This document shows, in pieces, positions 5,887-13,373 of a stretch of DNA of 46,809 bases (within the stretch, counting starts at the first letter, position 1; each line of letters begins with the position of its first letter). This stretch comes from an uncultured Candidatus Saccharibacteria bacterium (GTDB lineage: Bacteria > Patescibacteriota > Minisyncoccia > UBA6257 > GWB1-50-10). The stretch lies in contig CAYISE010000003.1 in NCBI GenBank assembly GCA_964366055.1, forward strand, positions 1-46,809. Reading direction: 5' to 3'. The notes beneath the pieces were generated by a model. That model was given only the letters and a program-made list of their open reading frames with translations, ran no database searches and was not told the DNA's origin. The position numbers were made by a program, and so were the translations under genes.

Positions 5887-8036
5887 GTTTCCACGATGAG
5901 AAGTTTCTTGTCTTCAATCGGCAGATGTTCGTAAACGGCCTCGGTAATGAAGGGCATAAACGGATGAAGCATTTTGAGCGATTCCTTGAGGGTGTAAGCG
6001 AGAATTTTTTGGGTGCCGGCCGTTAGTTTGTCGTTCCGGATTTGTTTCTTTGATTCTTCAATATACCGGTCGCAGAATTCATGCCAGAAAAAATTGTAAA
6101 GGAGGCGGAGCGTCTTGCTCAACTCAAAATTCCCTATCATCTTCTCCGTCTGCTTCTTCATTTTGGCCAAAGATTTCAGAATTTTTCTGTCCGCCGCCGT
6201 TTGATATTTGATATTTGATATTTGTTTGTCATTTGGAATTTGGAATTTGGAATTTGCAGTTTGCTCAATAACAAATCGGCTCGCGTTCCAGATTTTGTTC
6301 GCGAATTTCCGGCCAGCGATGACTGCCGCCTCGTCCCACCGGATATCCTGGCCCGTGGCCTGCCAGATTATTCCGAAACGAGTGGCGTCCGCGCCGAATT
6401 GATTGATATAATTCAGGGGGTCCAGTCCCGTGCCCAAACTCTTAGACATTCTTTTTCCGTCTTTCGTGAGAATCGTGCCGTTGATGAAGACATCGGTAAA
6501 GGGAGCTTTTTTCTGAAACTCCAGGCCGGAGAAAATCATCCGGGCAACCCACAAATTCAAAATATCGCGGGCGGTTACCAGCGTGTTGCCGGGATAGTAA
6601 TTTTTCAAATCCTCTTTGGAGAGGCCGGCGAAGGGCCAGAGAGCGGAGGAGAACCAAGTGTCTAACACATCTTCCGATTGGATATATTTCGCGTCGCAGT
6701 TTTTGCATTTTGGCTCGGTAAGCGACACTGCCATCTCCTCGCATTTTTCAATTTCTTTCTCACGCCCTTTGCGGGGGGCGCATTTTGGTTCATGAAACCA
6801 AACCGGGAGTCGATGACCCCACCAAATCTGGCGGGAGATGGACCAGTCGCGGATGTTTTCCGTCCAGTCCAGATAGGTCTTTTTGAAATTTTTTGGCCGG
6901 ATTTTGACTTTTCCGAACTTCACGGCGCTTTTCGCGAGCGCGCCCAATTTATCCATCTTCAAAAACCATTGGTTTGATGGGATGGGCTCAATTGTCGCGC
7001 CGCAACGGTAGCATTTTGCGAGGCGGTTTTTATACGCTTCTTCTTTCACCAAAAACCCCGTCTCTTTCAAGTCGCTCACGATTTTTTCCCGGGCCTCGGT
7101 AACCTTGAGTCCGGCGTATTGGCCGGCCGCCGGAGTCATTCTGGCGCGTTCGTCAATCACCTGAACCGTTTCCAGTTTGTGCCGCTGGCCGATTTCAAAA
7201 TCCAGAATGTCGTGAGCCGGCGTAACCTTCACCGCGCCCGTACCGAATTTGGGGTCAATGGCCGCGTCGCTCACAATAGGGATTTCCCGATTTTGGATCG
7301 GAAGTGTTACTTTCTTTCCGATGAGGTGTTTGTATCTTTTATCGCTGGGATTTACCGCGACGGCGGTATCACCCAGCATTGTTTCGGGTCTCGTCGTTGC
7401 CACCGTAATCTCTGGGCTGTAGCGGATGTACCAGAGTTTGGTCTCGGCGTCGCTATATTCCAGTTCCAGTTCGGACAAGTTCGTGCCGCAACGCGGGCCC
7501 CAATTCACGGTGCGGAGGCCGCGGTAAAGCCAGCCCTTCTCGTAATAATGGATGAAGGTTTTTAAGACATCGCGGCTGTATTCGGGGTCCATTGTGAAGC
7601 GGTTGCGGGACCAGTCGGCCGAGGCGGCGAATTTTTTGAGCTGGTTCAAAATCGCGTCGCCGGATTTCTGTTTCCACTCCCAGACCTTTTCAATGAATTT
7701 TTCACGGCCGAGTTCAAAGCGGGAGGTATTTTGTTTGCGCAATTCTTTTTCCACGACATATTGCGTCGCGATGCCGGCGTGGTCGGTGCCGGGCAGCCAG
7801 AGCGTTTTAAAACCTTTCATCCGGTGATAGCGGATTAAAATGTCCTGGATGGTGTTATTCAGGGCGTGACCCATATGAAGCGTCCCCGTCACATTCGGCA
7901 GGGGCATATAAACGATGTAATTTTTACTGCGCTTGCCCGGGAGATTATCTGGATTGAAATAACCCGATTTGAGCCAAGTTTCATAGATTTTATCTTCAAC
8001 CAGTTTAGGATCGTATCGGGAGTTGAGCATCTCCAT
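5880..8036 (-). CDS. valS: Valine--tRNA ligase (short form, 718 aa)
   Basis: Class I HIGH (PNVTGTLHMGHA) and KMSKS (KRMSKSLGT) motifs, plus the CP1 editing region TTRPETMLGDTAVAV. Ends right after the anticodon-binding domain. Overlaps the PrsW-like gene by 7 nt. Confidence 0.93.
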   Translation of the reverse strand: MEMLNSRYDPKLVEDKIYETWLKSGYFNPDNLPGKRSKNYIVYMPLPNVTGTLHMGHALNNTIQDILIRYHRMKGFKTLWLPGTDHAGIATQYVVEKELRKQNTSRFELGREKFIEKVWEWKQKSGDAILNQLKKFAASADWSRNRFTMDPEYSRDVLKTFIHYYEKGWLYRGLRTVNWGPRCGTNLSELELEYSDAETKLWYIRYSPEITVATTRPETMLGDTAVAVNPSDKRYKHLIGKKVTLPIQNREIPIVSDAAIDPKFGTGAVKVTPAHDILDFEIGQRHKLETVQVIDERARMTPAAGQYAGLKVTEAREKIVSDLKETGFLVKEEAYKNRLAKCYRCGATIEPIPSNQWFLKMDKLGALAKSAVKFGKVKIRPKNFKKTYLDWTENIRDWSISRQIWWGHRLPVWFHEPKCAPRKGREKEIEKCEEMAVSLTEPKCKNCDAKYIQSEDVLDTWFSSALWPFAGLSKEDLKNYYPGNTLVTARDILNLWVARMIFSGLEFQKKAPFTDVFINGTILTKDGKRMSKSLGTGLDPLNYINQFGADATRFGIIWQATGQDIRWDEAAVIAGRKFANKIWNASRFVIEQTANSKFQIPNDKQISNIKYQTAADRKILKSLAKMKKQTEKMIGNFELSKTLRLLYNFFWHEFCDRYIEESKKQIRNDKLTAGTQKILAYTLKESLKMLHPFMPFITEAVYEHLPIEDKKLLIVETW
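6200..6266. repeat. Heptanucleotide tandem repeats inside valS: (TTTGATA)x3, TTTGTTT, GTCA, (TTTGGAA)x3, TTTGCAG, TTTGCTC
   Basis: Read directly on the + strand. In frame on the - strand, encoding ...ANSKFQIPNDKQISNIKYQ.... Confidence 0.9.
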
Positions 8037-8039
8037 TTA

Positions 8040-9086
8040 TTATAAATTCAAATTCGCCTGGGCGCGAATTGCGCGCCTTTTTCTCTTTAGATTCTGAATA
8101 TACGCCGCGGCGGCAATCATGGTGGCGTTGTCGGTATTGAAGTCCATCGGCGGGACGAGGAAGTTCCGATTTATTTTCCTCGTTTCGTTTCCGAGCGTTT
8201 CTCTCAAAAACGCGTTGGCCGCGACGCCGCCGGAGAGAATCACCGATTTTGTATCGTATTCTTTAGCCGCCCGAATGGTTTTTGCAACCAGCACATCCAC
8301 GACCGCTTTTTGAAAACTCGCCGCGATATCGGCCTTATCGGTCCTGGGATTGTCGCGGAGATAATAGAGCACCGAGGTTTTGAGTCCCGAAAAACTGAAG
8401 TCGTAATTTTTATCGTGAATCATCGGCCGCGGGAATTTAACCGCCTCGCCATCGCCTTGAGCAGCTAACTTTTGGATCTCCGGCCCACCAGGGTAGGGAA
8501 GATTGAGCATCTTCGCCACTTTATCAAAGGCCTCGCCCGCGGCATCATCCCGTGTTTCACCGATTTTTTTCCATTTGGTGAAAGACGGCACATACAAAAG
8601 AATCGTGTGTCCACCAGAAACAATGAGCGCAATAGCGGGGAAGGTATTTTTAATTTGTAGTTTGTAGCGAGTAGTAAGTAGAAAGCTATATAAATGTCCC
8701 TCCAGATGATTTACCCCGATTAAAGGAATTTTCGGAAAGATTTTTTTCTTGAGTTCTTTCGCGAAATTCACGCCAGTCCAAAGAGCCGGTTCCAGCCCCG
8801 GCCCGACTGTGACCGCGATTAAATCAATTTTAGGGAAGTTCAACTTCCCTAGGGAAGTTGAACTTCCTGATATTTTTTTAAAAATTATCGGTAAATTTTT
8901 CAGGTGTTCCCGTTTCGCGATGCTCGGCACCACGCCGCCGAAGGGCCGATGAACGGCAATTTGGGAGGAGACCAGATTTTTCAGAACCTTGAACATCGGC
9001 TGGCGGAGCCCGCCCCCCGCCTCCACGAGAGCGAGGGCAGTTTCATCGCAGGAGGTCTCAATGGCGAGAATCTTCATAAATGGCAT
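8040..9086 (-). CDS. tsaD: tRNA N6-adenosine threonylcarbamoyltransferase TsaD (Kae1/Gcp family)
   Basis: ILAIETSCDETA N-terminus, GVNHLEGHL metal-binding motif, and C-terminal SGGVAAN. An alternative ATG lies at 9077. Confidence 0.93.
   Translation of the reverse strand: MPFMKILAIETSCDETALALVEAGGGLRQPMFKVLKNLVSSQIAVHRPFGGVVPSIAKREHLKNLPIIFKKISGSSTSLGKLNFPKIDLIAVTVGPGLEPALWTGVNFAKELKKKIFPKIPLIGVNHLEGHLYSFLLTTRYKLQIKNTFPAIALIVSGGHTILLYVPSFTKWKKIGETRDDAAGEAFDKVAKMLNLPYPGGPEIQKLAAQGDGEAVKFPRPMIHDKNYDFSFSGLKTSVLYYLRDNPRTDKADIAASFQKAVVDVLVAKTIRAAKEYDTKSVILSGGVAANAFLRETLGNETRKINRNFLVPPMDFNTDNATMIAAAAYIQNLKRKRRAIRAQANLNL
8654..8681. repeat. Heptanucleotide repeats inside tsaD: TTTGTAG TTTGTAG CGAGTAG TAAGTAG
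   Basis: Read directly. In frame on the - strand, encoding ...LLTTRYKLQIKN.... Confidence 0.85.
8831..8868. repeat. Nested/tandem palindromic element inside tsaD: TAGGGAAGTTCAACTTCCC + TAGGGAAGTTGAACTTCCT
   Basis: Each 19-nt half is a near-perfect palindrome, and the whole 38 nt is symmetric about CTAG. Translated in frame as ...SGSSTSLGKLNFP.... Confidence 0.9.
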
Positions 9087-9141
9087 TGTAATTTATATTT
9101 CTTTGTTTTACGAGAGGATTTTTATTGTGTATACTTGAATT

Positions 9142-9543
9142 ATGATTTCGCCTCTATTCGTTTTCAGCGATATCGGCATCTTGATTTTGAGAGTCGTCCT
9201 GGGTTTGATTTTGATTATTCACGGTTGGCCGAAAATAAAAAACATTAAGAACACCGCGGAATGGATGAAGCAAACTTTCAAGCCCGGAATTTTTTGGGCG
9301 GCGGTCGTTTCGCTGACTGAATTCGTCGGCGGTCTTTTTTTGGTTTTCGGATTCCTCACGCAAATTGTCGCGCTTATCGTCGCGCTTCAGTTCCTGGTGA
9401 TTTTGTTCGCCATGAATTTCAGAAAGGGATTCGTCGGCGGTTACGAGTTTGACCTCCTTATTCTGGCTTCGGCCATAGCCCTAATTGTCCTGGGCGGCGG
9501 GCAATACGGATTGGACAATTTCTTCGGCCTTTTGCTTTACTAG
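9142..9543 (+). CDS. DoxX family membrane protein
   Basis: 133 aa with four predicted TM segments. ILRVVLGLILIIHGWPKI is typical of DoxX. Confidence 0.7.
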   Translation: MISPLFVFSDIGILILRVVLGLILIIHGWPKIKNIKNTAEWMKQTFKPGIFWAAVVSLTEFVGGLFLVFGFLTQIVALIVALQFLVILFAMNFRKGFVGGYEFDLLILASAIALIVLGGGQYGLDNFFGLLLY

Positions 9544-9559
9544 TTCTAACTTCATTATT

Positions 9560-11059
9560 ATGATCCGGCTTTGGGAAATAATACCGGGCGCTCTGGCTTG
9601 GACGACCCTCTTGGGCTTCATTTTTTTATCCTGGCGCTTGCCCGCGGCGGTGGTCGTCATCATTCTTCTTTACGACCTTTATTGGTTTCTGAAACTCTTT
9701 TATCTTTTCTTTCATCTCCGAGTGTCGTTTATGAAAATGCGCGCCAATTTGAAACTGGATTGGCTGGCGAGGATAAAATCGGAAAAATCCGGCGCGTGGG
9801 AGAAGATTCATCACTTGGTAATTTTCCCGATGTTCCGCGAATCCTATGAAGTGGTCAGAGAAAGTTTTTTGAGCTTGGCGGAGAGCAATTATCCCAAAGA
9901 AAAATTTTTCGTGGTTTTGGCGACCGAAGAAAAAGGCGGGGAGGAGGACCGGCAAACCGCCGCGATGATAAAGGAAGAATTCGGCTCCCTGTTCAAGGAT
10001 TTTAGCGGGACCGTTCACCCGGCCGGCCTTCCGAATGAATTGCCGGGTAAGGGTTCCAACGAGGCCTGGGCGGGCCGGGAGGCGCAAAGAAAAATTATTG
10101 ACCCGTCGTCGGGCGTGCCCCATGAAGACATTTTGGTTTCGGTTTTTGATATTGATACGCGCACCGGCCCGGATTATTTTGGAATTCTGACTCATGCGTT
10201 TTTGAGCGCGCCGCATCCCCAACACTCCAGTTACCAGCCTGTCCCGATTTACATAAATAACATCCGCGAGGCGCCGTTCTTCGCCCGCTTGGCCGGCTTT
10301 TCCTCCACCTTCTGGCAATTGATGCAGGAGGCCCGGCCGGAGCAATTAGTGACCTTCTCTTCTCATAGTATGCCTTTCCGGGCGCTCACCGAAATCGGAT
10401 TTTGGGAAACGGATCTGGTCTCGGAGGATTCCCGGATTTTTTTTCAGTGTCTCGTCCATTATAACGGCGATTGGCGGACGGAACCTCTTCTCTATCCGGT
10501 TTATATGGACGCCGTCACGGGAAGAAATTTTTTCACGGCCCTTAAAAATCTTTACAAGCAGCAGCGGCGATGGGCCTGGGGCGCGGAAAACCTGGCCCGT
10601 CTGGCCGGGGACTTTTCTCTCAATAAAGAAATCCCGGGGCGGGTGAAACGATTCTGGCGCTGGGTGCTTTTTGACGGATTTTATTCCTGGTCCACCAGTT
10701 CCTTTATCATCTTTTTTTTCGGCTGGCTGCCGAATATCTTGGGGAATGAGGCCTTTCGCGCTTCGGTCTTGTCTTATAATCTGCCGCGGCTCACCGGCTG
10801 GATATTGAACTTAAGTTCGGTGGGCGTACTCGCCCTGGCTTTTTTGAGCATCGTTATTCTTCAACCAAAGATGAAGGGTTTCAAAAAAAGATATTATGTT
10901 TTTTACCTCCTGCAGTGGGTTCTTACCCCCTTCACTTTTCTGATTTTTAGCGCCCTGCCGGCCCTGGATGCCCAAACGCGATTGATGTTAAGCGGCCGAT
11001 TCCGTTTGGGTTTCTGGAGAACCCCGAAAGTAAGAATCAACGTCGCCCAAAATGGTTGA
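9560..11059 (+). CDS. Membrane-embedded family 2 glycosyltransferase (processive, cellulose/chitin-synthase-like)
   Basis: Has VFDIDT (DxD-like), SEDSR (ED) and QQRRWAWG (QxxRW) motifs, flanked by N- and C-terminal TM bundles. The ATG at 9560 is preferred, because the track start at 9485 overlaps the DoxX gene. Confidence 0.75.
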   Translation: MIRLWEIIPGALAWTTLLGFIFLSWRLPAAVVVIILLYDLYWFLKLFYLFFHLRVSFMKMRANLKLDWLARIKSEKSGAWEKIHHLVIFPMFRESYEVVRESFLSLAESNYPKEKFFVVLATEEKGGEEDRQTAAMIKEEFGSLFKDFSGTVHPAGLPNELPGKGSNEAWAGREAQRKIIDPSSGVPHEDILVSVFDIDTRTGPDYFGILTHAFLSAPHPQHSSYQPVPIYINNIREAPFFARLAGFSSTFWQLMQEARPEQLVTFSSHSMPFRALTEIGFWETDLVSEDSRIFFQCLVHYNGDWRTEPLLYPVYMDAVTGRNFFTALKNLYKQQRRWAWGAENLARLAGDFSLNKEIPGRVKRFWRWVLFDGFYSWSTSSFIIFFFGWLPNILGNEAFRASVLSYNLPRLTGWILNLSSVGVLALAFLSIVILQPKMKGFKKRYYVFYLLQWVLTPFTFLIFSALPALDAQTRLMLSGRFRLGFWRTPKVRINVAQNG

Positions 11060-11585
11060 GTATCTGACCCAAGCCGTGGTTTTGAATTACCGCCCGCAGA
11101 GAGAGAATGACCGGCTGGTGGATTTATACACCAAAGATTTCGGCCGGCTTGAGGCGAAAGTGATCGGGGGTCGGCGCATTCTTTCCAAACTCGCGCCGCA
11201 TCTGGACTGGTTCAATTTGGTGACGGTGCGTCTCGTGGAAAAAAATCAGTTCACTGTCACCGATGTTTTGACCAAGGAAAGATTCGGCCGGGAACGACGC
11301 AATCCCGGGTTTTATCCCTCCGCCCTCAAAATTTTTTCTTTGGTACGGACCCTGATCCCACTGGCCGCGCCCGATTTGCATCTTTGGCATTTTTTGGTGA
11401 CGGGTCTTAAAGAATCGGGTGGGAACGTCGGCACTCTCTTGAAAATTTTCGGCTACGACCCCGAACATGCTTCCTGCGACACCTGCCGCAAGCGCCCAGT
11501 CGCGGCTTTCCGCGCCAAGGACCAGTCATTTTTCTGCCACGACTGCGGTTTCAAAGCCGGAGCGGTTGAGCTAATATATTTTTAA
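11052..11585 (+). CDS. recO: DNA repair protein RecO (short, 177 aa)
   Basis: N-terminal OB-fold region AVVLNYRPQRENDRLVDLYTKDFGRL and a C-terminal Cys cluster CDTC...CHDC. Overlaps the upstream gene by 8 nt. Confidence 0.75.
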   Translation: MVEYLTQAVVLNYRPQRENDRLVDLYTKDFGRLEAKVIGGRRILSKLAPHLDWFNLVTVRLVEKNQFTVTDVLTKERFGRERRNPGFYPSALKIFSLVRTLIPLAAPDLHLWHFLVTGLKESGGNVGTLLKIFGYDPEHASCDTCRKRPVAAFRAKDQSFFCHDCGFKAGAVELIYF

Positions 11586-11659
11586 TTGTAAGAAATCACA
11601 GGAAGATGTAAAACATTATCCACAATTCAAAGAATCTCCAAGTGCTATAATTAAGAGCA

Positions 11660-12718
11660 ATGACAAACGACAACTTCTATCCCGGTCAAGCGCCGGGTCA
11701 GCCGCTCGGCACGGGTGAGGGAGAGTCGCCGCTCGCGAAGCCCGTCGTGCCCAATGCGGATGTGCGCACGATGGGCTCCGACCTCGGGTCCATTAATACC
11801 GGAGCCTCCGCGCCGAAGCCCTACGCGCCGCCGGTAAGCGCTCCGGAAAATATTCCGCTGGCTCCAACGGCCCCTACCGCTCCGGTACCGAGTCAATCTT
11901 TCCAAATCCCCCAAATGGACGCGGCGGGCGAATCCAAGAAGGCCGCTCCTAAAAAAAGCAGTAAGGGAATTTTTACCGCCCTTATCGTTTTCATTGTCGT
12001 AATCGGACTGGCGGCTCTCGGTTATTTCGTAATTTATCCGATATTCTTCGCGGCGCCCGCTGAAATCGCGCCAGCGCCGGCGACCCCCGTTCTTCCGGCT
12101 CCAACTCCGGCCGCGGCAACCGCGCCCAATGAGCCAACCCCAATCACTGGCGCTCCCGCTCCCGCTCTTCCCCACATCTCCCTCTTTACCACGCCTCCCG
12201 ATACCACTACCGTAACCACGGATAGCGGGCTTTCCGTTTTAGCTTTGAACACTTCGGCCGCGCCCGGTCTTTCAGAAATCGTGTATAAGGATTCCGCTGG
12301 CAATCTGGTTAAGTTCACCGACATTTTGAAATCCGCCACGGGATTGGATTTATCCTCAAATCAGGTCTTGGCAACGGCCTTTGACGACCAAACCGCCGCG
12401 GGATTGGTTTATACCGACAGCAACGGTAACCGCTGGCTCGGATTTACCGCTCAACTTATGAGCGGTTCAGACCGGCAAAACGCAAGCGCGGCCTTTGAAC
12501 AATCCTTTGAGGCAGTCGGTGATTACAGCGGACTTTTCTCAAGCAATCCGGGAACGGCCCAGACCTGGAAAGCCGGCCAAATCGCGGGCGTGACCGATAA
12601 TCGCTATCTTCTCTTTGGCAACGCCGGTTTCGCGCTTGATTACGGCTGGACGGGCAATAAGTTAATAATAGTTACTTCCTACAGCGGCTTTAAAGAAGCG
12701 GCGAAACGGCTTCAATAA
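11660..12718 (+). CDS. Hypothetical single-pass membrane protein with Pro/Ala-rich regions
   Basis: 352 aa with a low-complexity P/A-rich N-terminus, one TM (FTALIVFIVVIGLAALGYFVIYPIFF) and a structured C-terminal domain. No family recognised. Confidence 0.6.
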   Translation: MTNDNFYPGQAPGQPLGTGEGESPLAKPVVPNADVRTMGSDLGSINTGASAPKPYAPPVSAPENIPLAPTAPTAPVPSQSFQIPQMDAAGESKKAAPKKSSKGIFTALIVFIVVIGLAALGYFVIYPIFFAAPAEIAPAPATPVLPAPTPAAATAPNEPTPITGAPAPALPHISLFTTPPDTTTVTTDSGLSVLALNTSAAPGLSEIVYKDSAGNLVKFTDILKSATGLDLSSNQVLATAFDDQTAAGLVYTDSNGNRWLGFTAQLMSGSDRQNASAAFEQSFEAVGDYSGLFSSNPGTAQTWKAGQIAGVTDNRYLLFGNAGFALDYGWTGNKLIIVTSYSGFKEAAKRLQ

Positions 12719-12733
12719 TTAACTTGTTGACAC

Positions 12734-12763
12734 AAACCCGCCTCATCAGCGGGTTTATTTTTT
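12734..12763 (+). terminator. Rho-independent terminator AAACCCGC-CTCATCA-GCGGGTTT + ATTTTTT
   Basis: 8-bp GC-containing stem, 7-nt loop and T-tract, 16 nt after the stop at 12718. Confidence 0.8.
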
Positions 12764-12793
12764 AAAAACAGAATTTACAAAAATGATACACAC

Positions 12794-12979
12794 CGGTAAC
12801 ACCTCATATTCTGCCGCAGTGTCTTGCGGAAGCTCTCGGAGGCATTCGGAGCTTGGTTTCCGAGCGAAGCGAGGAATCCGAATGCCGAGAGCGCAGCGGG
12901 CGGTTGCCGCTGGAGAAACTGAACCGCGGTTCCGCAAGATACTGCGGGAGAATACTTGGAGAAGGAGAGAATGTTACCG
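12794..12979 (+). ncRNA. Unclassified, highly structured RNA candidate (about 190 nt) or long structured leader
   Basis: GC-rich island in AT-rich intergenic DNA with short overlapping ORFs on both strands. Helices read by eye: 12794-12801/12972-12979 (8 bp); 12807-12829/12932-12954 (23 positions: 21 Watson-Crick pairs, 1 G-U, 1 mismatch); 12832-12850/12877-12892 (8+8 bp with an AGG bulge); hairpin 12894-12899/12907-12912. The loop of that hairpin (GCGGTT, 12900-12905) can pair with AACCGC 12922-12927, which would form a pseudoknot. I could not assign a family. Confidence 0.5.
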
Positions 12980-13022
12980 ATATGCCATGCCGGTACAAGG
13001 ATGTGCAAAAACAAACAAATTA

Positions 13023-13031
13023 TGATAGAAT
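13023..13031 (+). promoter_or_regulatory. Extended -10-like box TGATAGAAT 7 nt upstream of the ATG at 13039
   Basis: Read directly. There is no Shine-Dalgarno between the box and the ATG. Confidence 0.4.
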
Positions 13032-13038
13032 CCCTCGT

Positions 13039-13371
13039 ATGAGAAATGAGGATTTAAAGGAAATAAAGGAAAAATTAATCTCTGAAAAGACAAAAATAGA
13101 GAGGAATCTGTCTAAACTTAAGGAGGAGCTGGACTTCGGAGACGACGTTGACCACAACGAGGAGGAGACCGACGAGACGGAAGAAATGGGGACATATTTA
13201 AGCGTTAAGAAAACCCAGGACGCCCGCCTCCAACAAATCAATAAAGCGATTGAAAAGATAAAAAACGGCGCCTACGGCCTCTGTGAAAAGTGCGGCGGCC
13301 CGATTGAGCAGAGAATCCTGGATATAGACCCCGAATCGTTCTACTGTAAGGAGTGCAAGCGCGGACTTTAA
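13039..13371 (+). CDS. DksA/TraR family C4-type zinc-finger protein
   Basis: 110 aa with an acidic coiled-coil N-terminus and the motif CEKCGGPIEQRILDIDPESFYCKECK. The track ORF from 12853 extends into the structured non-coding island and was trimmed to the ATG at 13039. Confidence 0.8.
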   Translation: MRNEDLKEIKEKLISEKTKIERNLSKLKEELDFGDDVDHNEEETDETEEMGTYLSVKKTQDARLQQINKAIEKIKNGAYGLCEKCGGPIEQRILDIDPESFYCKECKRGL

Positions 13372-13373
13372 AA

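Noticed and set aside
9626-10345. 239-aa ORF on the - strand
   Set aside because: It is antisense to the GT2 glycosyltransferase (DxD, ED and QxxRW motifs present on the + strand). It has shadow-ORF composition.
11616-11624. Perfect DnaA box TTATCCACA as an origin marker
   Set aside because: It is a single isolated box in the short recO/hypothetical-gene spacer, with no cluster and no AT-rich unwinding element. It may be a regulatory DnaA site, but that cannot be supported from one copy.
12755-13038. Cluster of 60-80-aa ORFs on both strands, plus the N-terminal 62 codons of track ORF 12853-13371
   Set aside because: They overlap each other in several frames, are Arg/Ser/Cys-rich, and coincide with long complementary helices. 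This is better explained as structured RNA. The DksA/TraR homology only begins at the ATG at 13039.
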